Shown here in pieces: positions 47,602 to 55,090 of a DNA stretch of 64,000 nt. Position 1 is the stretch's first letter, and each line of letters starts with the position of its first letter. This DNA is from Planctomycetota bacterium. Lineage in GTDB: Bacteria; Planctomycetota; UBA1135; UBA2386. Where the stretch lies: NCBI GenBank assembly GCA_965228735.1, contig OZ245838.1:7072001-7136000 (forward strand), given 5' to 3'. Position numbers and translations under genes: made by a program. Below the pieces are notes generated by a model. That model was not told the origin of the DNA. It saw only the letters and a list, made by a program, of their open reading frames with translations, and did no database searches.

Positions 47602-48444
47602 TCAGCGCTTCTTCGCGGCTGGCTCGGGCTCGGTCCTGGCCTTCGACATCGCGATTCGGGTGAACTCGGCGAGGCCAGGCGGCTGCTGCATTGCGGCGTG
47701 GCGGGCTGCGTCGTTCGGCAGCTTGGTAAAGAAGTCTAGGCCCCGCGCGTAGTGCAGCCTCTTGCTGCGCCAGTGCATGGCTCGCAACATCCGCGTGTGA
47801 CCCGGCGAGTCGAAGTCCGCTTCGACTATCCGGCCTTCCACGAACACCGCGTAGCCCTCCACGAGAGCGCGCGCGACCCACTTGTCCGTGGCGGTCTCGG
47901 CGTTGATCAGTCGGGTCTTTAGCCCGAAGTGCTGCTCCTGCAGAATGTGCACGAGCTCATGTACGATCGTGCTGCTCGCCGGTCCGATGCGACGCTTGGC
48001 TTCGGTGTTGCGGCGAGCTTCGAGGAACTTGAACGCGGCGACCGGGCTGAGGACGGCGCCCTCGTCGGCGGACAGAAACAGCCCCAGTGTTGTCGCGATC
48101 GTCAGGTGCGGGTCGCGCGCATCGGGGATCTGGTGCTTGACGACGGCCGCCCAGCTGTCCTCGTTCGCGACCCGCACCCGGGGTGGCTTTGCGAACTCGA
48201 GCCCGGAACGGAGTTCCACTAGGGGGACCAGTCCGGAGACTGCCTTGTCGAACTCGGCTTGCGAGAACCAGTCCTTCGTCGGGGCGACGACCGCGGGGAA
48301 CGGTGGGCGTTCGGGCTTGGCCGCCGGCGTCCCCGATGCAGTTCCTGCCCGCGGCTCGGACCTGCGTTCCTGCGCAGGCAACGTCGCCGCGAGCAATGCG
48401 GTGCTCATCGCGAGGACTGCGGTTCGGGCATTCATGGTCAGCAT
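47602..48444 (-). CDS. Secreted putative gluzincin-type Zn metallopeptidase
   Basis: Signal peptide; IVHELVHILQEQHF followed by ALVEGYA third-ligand motif. Confidence 0.72.
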   Translation of the reverse strand: MLTMNARTAVLAMSTALLAATLPAQERRSEPRAGTASGTPAAKPERPPFPAVVAPTKDWFSQAEFDKAVSGLVPLVELRSGLEFAKPPRVRVANEDSWAAVVKHQIPDARDPHLTIATTLGLFLSADEGAVLSPVAAFKFLEARRNTEAKRRIGPASSTIVHELVHILQEQHFGLKTRLINAETATDKWVARALVEGYAVFVEGRIVEADFDSPGHTRMLRAMHWRSKRLHYARGLDFFTKLPNDAARHAAMQQPPGLAEFTRIAMSKARTEPEPAAKKR

Positions 48445-48585
48445 GCTACCACGCCGCGGGACAGGCCCGATCCCAACGCTCCGCGGCGCAGTCCACGTTC
48501 GGCCGGACCTTGGCCGGGGAGCCGCGGTCCTCGCGTCGGTGTTGATCGCGTGGCGCCGCTCCCGAGATCGCGATCGGTGTCGCGA

Positions 48586-49278
48586 TCACCGAGCGACGCA
48601 GTCGGCGAAGGTGGGTTCGCCGGGCAGTTCTGCGCATGCATACTCGAGGTGCACGATGCGGCGTTGCGTGTTCGTCTCGCATCGTGACGATGCGTGCAGG
48701 AGTAGTGGGCGCATCAAGAGTGCGCCGCCGGCCGGCACCGCGCTGGTCGCGGGAGTCGACGTCGCAATCGTGCTATTGATCTGGGAGCGGGACAGAACAC
48801 CGTGCCGATGGCTGCCCGGGATCACGCGCAGGGCGCCGCTCCGACTATCGGAGCCGTCGAGGTCGATGCGCACGGCGAGCACGCCCGCGAGTGCGGCGGT
48901 GGGAGGCTGCACGAACCAGGTCTCGCCCTTGCGCGACCAGGGGCCGTAGCCCGGCGCGTCGACCCGATCGCGTACGGGCACGACGAGATCCTGGTGCCAT
49001 CCGACGAGCCAGTTGGTGCGGGTGGACTTGGCGAACAGGGTGGCCCGATACGCGAAAGCCCGATCGCCGAGCGCGGATTCGGCGAGGTCGAGGACGGCCG
49101 GGTGCCGCGCGAGTCTCCGGATCCCGTCGATCCGAAGTGCGTCGCGCCGCCCCGGCCGTGGGCCGAGCCCCTCGACGAACACGTTCAGGAGGTCGGGCAG
49201 GGCTCCGGCTGGCAGCACGTTCGGGGCGATGCAGAACCCGTCGCGTTCGATGTCTGACTGCGGCTGCAAGTAGGACAC
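48586..49278 (-). CDS. Phytanoyl-CoA dioxygenase (PhyH) family Fe/2OG oxygenase
   Basis: ERDGF, WHQD, GALRVIPGSH, LLHAS...RRIVHLEY. Confidence 0.88.
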   Translation of the reverse strand: MSYLQPQSDIERDGFCIAPNVLPAGALPDLLNVFVEGLGPRPGRRDALRIDGIRRLARHPAVLDLAESALGDRAFAYRATLFAKSTRTNWLVGWHQDLVVPVRDRVDAPGYGPWSRKGETWFVQPPTAALAGVLAVRIDLDGSDSRSGALRVIPGSHRHGVLSRSQINSTIATSTPATSAVPAGGALLMRPLLLHASSRCETNTQRRIVHLEYACAELPGEPTFADCVAR

Positions 49279-49325
49279 GATACTCGCGTTGCGAACGATT
49301 CGCCGCGGATCTACGCTCGCGACCC

Positions 49326-49757
49326 ATGCGTCATCGGCTCGGTCTCTTGGTCCTGCTGTTCGCGGTCGGGGGTGGATGTTCGGTGAACGACGGCGCGGCT
49401 TCGGGAGGGGCCGGGGCGCGTGGCGCGCGGCCGAGCCATCCCGAGGACATCTCGCTCGCAGAGGCGGATGCGTTGCTGGCGGGCGATGACGACGTGGTCG
49501 TGCTCGACATCCGCACCCCGCAGGAGTTCGCGTCGGGGCACATCCCCGGGGCAGTCATGCTCGACTGCAAGGCGGACGGCTTCGTCGAACAGCTCGGCAA
49601 GCTCGACCGCAGCAAGACCTACGTCGTGCATTGAGGCTCGGGCGGACGGAGCGGCCGTGCGCTGCCCACGCTTCGCGAACTCGGATTCGAAAACATCAAG
49701 CACCTGCCCGCGGGGATGAAGGGCTGGGAGAGCTCGGGGCGACCCGTCGCGAAGTAG
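49326..49757 (+). CDS. Putative selenocysteine-containing rhodanese-like lipoprotein (UGA at 49632-49634 in the active-site position)
   Basis: VLDIRTPQEFASGHIPGA...TYVVH-TGA-GSGGRSGRALPTLRELGFENIKHLPAGMKGW...TAG; the TGA sits at the catalytic Cys of the C.SG.RS loop and the domain is completed in frame after it. Confidence 0.88.
49640..49667 (+). promoter_or_regulatory. Candidate bacterial SECIS hairpin after UGA 49632
   Basis: GGGCGG-ACGG(AGCGG)CCGU-GCG-CUGCCC; loop starts 16 nt after the UGA. Confidence 0.55.
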
Positions 49758-49786
49758 CCGCCGCGAAGTAGCAACCGAGGATTCCC

Positions 49787-51337
49787 TCAGCCACGTAGGA
49801 AGGCGGCGTACTCCCGTTCGATCTTCTTCCAGGTGGCGTCGTCGCTACCGATCACCCTCTCGAGTGTCTGCGCGTGCACTTGGTCTAGGAACGCGGCCCG
49901 GTCGTCGGCGGCGGGGAGCTCCGCCGCGAACTTGGCCAGCGCCGAGAGGTAGCGCGGCAGGAAGTTCTCGAGCGCCGGGGTCCGGGTCTTGCTCAGCAGG
50001 AAGCTTACCGCGAGCTGACATTGGACGTCCCAGCGCTCCTTTCTGCGATGGAGGCGATTCGCCCAGGCAGTGAACTCCTGCCCGTCCAGCGTGAAAATCT
50101 GGCGCAGTGGCGTGAGCTTGCGCTGTCTTACGATCTCGCGGCCGTGATCGCGCGCGAAGTCGCTGCCATCGAACGTCACGTCCTGTTCGATTCGCGCGGC
50201 GTAATACAGCGTACGATGAAGGCCGTGCCGGAGCCAACTCGGCAGCGCGTGCCCGACGAGCGCGTTCTTGTCGTGCAGGTAGCCGTAGAACAGTGTCTCG
50301 CACGCCCTCCCGTAGACGATCGGATCGACTATTCCAGTATCGGTGATGACCGCTTCACCGAACCCGCTGGTGGGCGCGTGCCAATTGCAGAACGCCCGGC
50401 CCTGGTCGATCGCCCGGCAGATCCGCAGTGAGCTGCGGCGGACGTGCTCGTCGCTCAGGTCTCCCAGGAGGTCGTCGAGGTAGTCGAGGAACACTTCGAG
50501 GTCCGCGACGAACGGGTCGGGAGACGAACCACGTTGGCTGATGACGACGAGTCGTTTGGTGCGGTCGTATTCCCACGCGGGTCCCGTCTGCTTCTTGAGC
50601 GCCTTGGCCCATGCGGTCTCGAACCGCTTGCGCAGGGACTTCCGCTTCGAAGCCGGCAGCGCGAGCCAGGCAGCGAAGTGCTCCGGTTGGAGCTTCGCGC
50701 CCAGCCAGCGGTCGTCGGGGCTCGGGCGCCGTGGTCGCTGCGCGATCTGCCTGGTCTTCTCGACGACGTTCTGCCACAGCGACTCGAGTGCGGCCCGCTG
50801 GACCGTCTGTGCCGTGAGCTCGACAGCGATCGAATGGGCCTCGCGCTCGAACACACGGGCGCGGCGCGTGTAGCCGTCCCCGGGCTGTTCGATGACCCGG
50901 TAGTCGCGATACTCGCCGATCGGACTGTCCCCGGTTGCGGTCTCCTCGACGCGAAACTCCTTGCCGTTCGGCACTATGTCGGGCGTCGTCGCCTCGACGA
51001 ACTTCTCGTAGGTCGCGTGACCCGATCCTTCGGTGCTCAGGGAATACGGGTCGAGCGGGTCCGGGCTCGCGATTTCGCGGACCCGGTCGACATCGGCGGG
51101 GAGTACGATCACCCGAGCGAACGTGTGACCAAACCGTGGATCGGGTCCGTCGTCGACGAACGAGGCGGCGATCCACGGGGTGTCTTCGCGGCGGGGAACC
51201 TGCGTCCACGCTCCCGGAATCGTGATCGCGATGCCGAGCGTCGGGGCCTGCCAATCGAGCTTCTCGCGACGGCGCTGTGCACTCGCGTCCGTGACGAGAA
51301 GCCCGACGATCAGAGGCAAGACTGCGAGGTAGTTCAT
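49787..51337 (-). CDS. Secreted hypothetical protein with a degenerate gluzincin-like C-terminal domain
   Basis: Signal peptide; ACETLFYGYLH...LPSWLRHGL resembles HE..H...P.WL.EG with the metal ligands lost. Confidence 0.65.
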   Translation of the reverse strand: MNYLAVLPLIVGLLVTDASAQRRREKLDWQAPTLGIAITIPGAWTQVPRREDTPWIAASFVDDGPDPRFGHTFARVIVLPADVDRVREIASPDPLDPYSLSTEGSGHATYEKFVEATTPDIVPNGKEFRVEETATGDSPIGEYRDYRVIEQPGDGYTRRARVFEREAHSIAVELTAQTVQRAALESLWQNVVEKTRQIAQRPRRPSPDDRWLGAKLQPEHFAAWLALPASKRKSLRKRFETAWAKALKKQTGPAWEYDRTKRLVVISQRGSSPDPFVADLEVFLDYLDDLLGDLSDEHVRRSSLRICRAIDQGRAFCNWHAPTSGFGEAVITDTGIVDPIVYGRACETLFYGYLHDKNALVGHALPSWLRHGLHRTLYYAARIEQDVTFDGSDFARDHGREIVRQRKLTPLRQIFTLDGQEFTAWANRLHRRKERWDVQCQLAVSFLLSKTRTPALENFLPRYLSALAKFAAELPAADDRAAFLDQVHAQTLERVIGSDDATWKKIEREYAAFLRG

Positions 51338-51453
51338 GGGGATCCTGTTGTGCCGAGTGCGATTCGGTTGGCCCGATGTCGTTCGCCGATTCCAGCCGCA
51401 GAGTAATGGAGCGCGTCGATTCGTGCATGCCGCACTCGTTGAGGCCGGCGGGC

Positions 51454-52101
51454 TCATCGCCGTTCGAGGCGCAGCAGAACGTTGTTCTTCGGCATTCGAC
51501 GCACGGTCGGGGGCGTGAGTCCGGCGCGAGTCGCGATGGCCGTCAATTCCGTGAGCGTGCGGACCCCGTACGCGGAATCCCGTTCTCGCAGCTCGCGATC
51601 AAACTCCACGTTGCCATCAGGGCGCGGCTCGCCGTCCAGAAAGACCGCCCCGTAGACGAGCAGCACGCCGCCGCGAACGAGATGGGCCGCGGCGCCGTGA
51701 AACAACGCTTCGGTCGTCGCGATCGGCGCGATGTGCATCACGTTGCTCGCGAACACGGCGTCGAGCGATGCCGGTTCGCACGGCCAGGGTTCGCCGAGCG
51801 TCAGCGGCTTCGGTGGGCGAAGGTTGTCGAGTGCCGCGTGCTCCACCCACGCTCGAATCGACGCGAGCGCTTCCGGATCGCGCTCCGTTGGCTGCCACGT
51901 CCAGCCGGGCAGTCGCGTTGCAGCGAGCACCGCGTGCTCGCCCGTTCCGGCTGCGATCTCGAGACAACGACCCCGTTCCGGAAGTTCGTCGAGCAGGGCG
52001 GCGACGATGTCGCCGCGGTTGCGACCGGCCGACGGCGAGTAGCGGCGACCGTCCGGCTCCCCGTCGAGGGGCTCCATGCGAACGGGTGGGGTGTTGCTCA
52101 T
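51454..52101 (-). CDS. DUF938 family SAM-dependent methyltransferase-like protein
   Basis: SAGRNRGDI, LEIAAGTGEH, WQPTE, NVMHI, YGA, NVEFD..LR...YGVR, MPKNN. Confidence 0.88.
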   Translation of the reverse strand: MSNTPPVRMEPLDGEPDGRRYSPSAGRNRGDIVAALLDELPERGRCLEIAAGTGEHAVLAATRLPGWTWQPTERDPEALASIRAWVEHAALDNLRPPKPLTLGEPWPCEPASLDAVFASNVMHIAPIATTEALFHGAAAHLVRGGVLLVYGAVFLDGEPRPDGNVEFDRELRERDSAYGVRTLTELTAIATRAGLTPPTVRRMPKNNVLLRLERR

Positions 52102-52172
52102 GGGGTCGCGGCGCTCGTCGTGAACCGTTCCCGGGCGGGGATCCACGGAGCTGGATGTAGGCTGGAGTGATC

Positions 52173-52772
52173 ATGCCAGATCCCGCCGAGGTACTGTCGT
52201 TCTGGTTCGGCCCGATCGCCGACGATGGCAGCTGTGCGCCCGAGTTCGTCCGTCGCTGGTGGGCGAAGGATCCCGCATTCGACCGCGAGGTCACCGAACG
52301 GTTCGGCGAGGCGATCGCGGCCGCGGAAGCCGGGCAACTCGACGCGTGGCGGAGTTCGCCCGAGGGTTGTCTCGCCCTGATCCTGCTGTGCGATCAGATG
52401 ACGCGGAACAGTCGGCGCGACAGCGGTCGCATGTACGATGCGGACGATAAGGCGCAAGAACTGGTCCGGTATGCGATCGAGCAGGGTTACCCCGAGCAGC
52501 TGCGGACGATGCAGAGCTACTTCCTCTACATGCCGCTGATGCACGCGGAGTCGCTGGAGTTGCAGCGCGAGGGGATCGCCCGCTTCACGGCTCTGGCCGA
52601 GACCGCCGAGCCCGGCGCGCGGCAGGCGGCCGCGGGCGCGGTGGACTACATGCGGCAGCACGAGGCCATCGTCGCCCGGTTCGGCCGCTTCCCGCACCGC
52701 AACGAGTTGCTCGGTCGTGCGAGCACTCCCGAAGAACTCGAGTTCCTCGAGCAGCCCGGCTCCAGCTTCTGA
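52173..52772 (+). CDS. DUF924 family protein
   Basis: VLSFWF, LALILLCDQMTRN, FLYMPLMHAE, IVARFGRFPHRNELLGRASTPEE. Confidence 0.92.
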   Translation: MPDPAEVLSFWFGPIADDGSCAPEFVRRWWAKDPAFDREVTERFGEAIAAAEAGQLDAWRSSPEGCLALILLCDQMTRNSRRDSGRMYDADDKAQELVRYAIEQGYPEQLRTMQSYFLYMPLMHAESLELQREGIARFTALAETAEPGARQAAAGAVDYMRQHEAIVARFGRFPHRNELLGRASTPEELEFLEQPGSSF

Positions 52773-52923
52773 TGGCTGTACCGAACCCGTTTCGAATCCG
52801 CCACCGAATGGCTGTACCGAACCCGTTTCGAATCCGCCACCGATGCGCCGCTGCAATCTCCCGCGAAAGCCGGCGTTGACGTGGTCGAGGGGTGGCGGAT
52901 TCGAAACGGGTTCGGTACAGCCA
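52772..52923. repeat. Two tandem 36-bp direct repeats plus one inverted copy (REP/BIME-like)
   Basis: ATGGCTGTACCGAACCCGTTTCGAATCCGCCACCGA at 52772-52807 and 52808-52843; 33-bp exact reverse complement at 52891-52923. Confidence 0.92.
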
Positions 52924-52931
52924 CGCGCGGG

Positions 52932-55040
52932 TCAGCGTTCCCAGGTGATCGTGACATCACCCTGGCGGTAGGTGAGCATGCGGCCGCTGTCGTCGATGCG
53001 CAGGCCGATCTTGGTGCCCACCAGGTTGAGGTCGACGGCCCGGGCCGCGACGGTCTCGTCGCCGACCTCGACCTCCTCGTTGCCGGTTGGCGTGAACGAC
53101 AACGGCAGGGGTGACCGGTGTTCGACGTGCAGCGCCTTGCAGTTCACCGGGTCGCTGCCCGCGAGCGGCAGGCGCGCCAGCATGATCAGCAGGTGCGCCG
53201 TGTTGTTGTTGTGCAGCACGAACATGTCGGCCTTGGCGGCGACGGTCTTCTCGTCATCCTCGTCCGCCGCGCCGCGCCGGATCGTGACCACGTCGCCGTC
53301 GCGGACCGCGGAGAACGTCGCCTCCTTGCCGCCCGCCTGTCGCTTCGCCGAGAAGCGCAGCAGGCGTCCGTCGTCGCCGACGACGGTCGTGGCCGTCTCC
53401 TGGTAGCGCCCGTTCGCGAGGTCGACCTCGGTCTCGAACAGGTGGCCGCCATCGTCCTGTTTGCCGCGGTAGGTCATCCGTTCCTTGCCGAGCAGGCTGG
53501 TCCCGTTCCTGTAGACGAACGTCTGCGTCGCCCCGACGGGCCACGGAAACGCGTCGGTGCGGCGCGCCGTCGCGTCCTGCTGGAGCTTCGGCGCGTGGTC
53601 GAGCACCTCGAGCTTCTGCGGCCGGAACGCCGTGAGGTCCTCGCTGAGGCGGATGTGGCTCGCGTCGACGTAGGTCGCCTGGCCGGCCGTGCAGTCGACC
53701 GGCAGCCAGCCGATCTCGTCACCGAGGTAGACCTCGGTCCACATGTGCTGCCCGAAGCTGCCGCCGTAGAGCGGCACGTACATGCCGCCCATCGGTGTTC
53801 GTGCCGGGATGCCGAGCGAGCGCAGCATCGCGGCGAGCACCCGCGAGTGACCGCCGCACTCGCCTTCGCGGAGTTCGAACGTGCGCGCGGCCGTGCCGCC
53901 GCCGGGAATCACGTACGGGATCTCCGCGGTCCAGCGCGCGAGGCGATCGACGACCTCGAAGCAGTTGTTCGCGCCCGCGGCGAGCTCGCGGGCTTTCGCG
54001 CGGATGCCCTCGTGGTCACTCTGGACGTTCTCGTCGGGTGCGAGGTAGGGCTGCAGTTCGGCCGCCGTGAACGTCCCGTCCTCGACGGGGAACGGCGGGG
54101 CTCCGGCGCCGTCGATGCGCCGCGGTCGGATCTCGAACACGCCGTCGACGACGCCGTTCTCGACGGTCCCTTCGAACGACTGGCCGGGCACGTTGAGGCC
54201 TTCCTTCGTCACCACGGCGGTCGCCTCGATCACCGCCCGCACGCGCATGAAGGTCAGGGCCGACGGATCGCCGTAGTCGAGGTTGGTGGGGCCGACGAGC
54301 GTGTCCGTGAGGTCGACGCGTTCGATGCGCGCGACGACCTCCGGGTCCACGAGCTCGATGACCATCGACGCGGCTGGGATGTTCGACGTCAGGACCTCGA
54401 ACTTCACCGCATCGACCGTGATGTCGATGACGGTCCCCATGGTCGCGAGATCGATCGTGTAGTCGCGGATGCGTCGGCGCTGACCGCGGAACTCGCGTTC
54501 GCCGGCGGCGACCCACGTCACCTTGGCCCGCTGCGCGTCGCCGATCTCGGGAACGAAGTAGTCGATCTCGATCGTCACCCCCGGCTTCGCGGGGCCGCGT
54601 TCCGCGAGCCAGCGAAACTCCGGCGTGACGATCACCCGGGTCGGATCGAGCGTCTTGCCGCTCGAAAGCTCGAAGCCGGCGTCCGTCCGTTTGCCGTCGC
54701 ACGTGATCTTCTGATCGCCGACGTCCATGCGCGAGGACATCGACAACACGCGACGCGAGGCGGCATCGAGCATCCACGTCTGATCGACCGATTGCTCGAA
54801 GCTCTGACCCAGCATCTCGAGCTTGATGAGGCTGCGCACCCCGAACCGCACGACGTCCCGGTCCCCTTCCCGCGCCGGGTTCTCCGTTTCGATCTGGTAG
54901 CCGACGACGCGACCGTTGCTCCTGACCGCGTAGGTGCGCTCGATCGCGTTCTCGATCGCGTTCTTCGCCTGGGCCGGAAGCGCGGCAACGGAGGCGAGCA
55001 AGACGGCGAACGACGCGGCGAGCGAGCGGCGGGTGTGCAT
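52932..55040 (-). CDS. Secreted transglutaminase-like domain protein
   Basis: Triad motifs GECGGHS...LRSLGIPAR, HMWTEVY, GWLPVDCT. Confidence 0.87.
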   Translation of the reverse strand: MHTRRSLAASFAVLLASVAALPAQAKNAIENAIERTYAVRSNGRVVGYQIETENPAREGDRDVVRFGVRSLIKLEMLGQSFEQSVDQTWMLDAASRRVLSMSSRMDVGDQKITCDGKRTDAGFELSSGKTLDPTRVIVTPEFRWLAERGPAKPGVTIEIDYFVPEIGDAQRAKVTWVAAGEREFRGQRRRIRDYTIDLATMGTVIDITVDAVKFEVLTSNIPAASMVIELVDPEVVARIERVDLTDTLVGPTNLDYGDPSALTFMRVRAVIEATAVVTKEGLNVPGQSFEGTVENGVVDGVFEIRPRRIDGAGAPPFPVEDGTFTAAELQPYLAPDENVQSDHEGIRAKARELAAGANNCFEVVDRLARWTAEIPYVIPGGGTAARTFELREGECGGHSRVLAAMLRSLGIPARTPMGGMYVPLYGGSFGQHMWTEVYLGDEIGWLPVDCTAGQATYVDASHIRLSEDLTAFRPQKLEVLDHAPKLQQDATARRTDAFPWPVGATQTFVYRNGTSLLGKERMTYRGKQDDGGHLFETEVDLANGRYQETATTVVGDDGRLLRFSAKRQAGGKEATFSAVRDGDVVTIRRGAADEDDEKTVAAKADMFVLHNNNTAHLLIMLARLPLAGSDPVNCKALHVEHRSPLPLSFTPTGNEEVEVGDETVAARAVDLNLVGTKIGLRIDDSGRMLTYRQGDVTITWER

Positions 55041-55090
55041 GGTGGCTCCGTGGGGGCGGGGCGGCCGATGCTACCCGACTTTCGAGGGCG

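Noticed and set aside
52772..52923. CRISPR array (36-bp repeat)
   Set aside because: Direct copies abut with no spacer, the third copy is inverted, and no cas genes are present.
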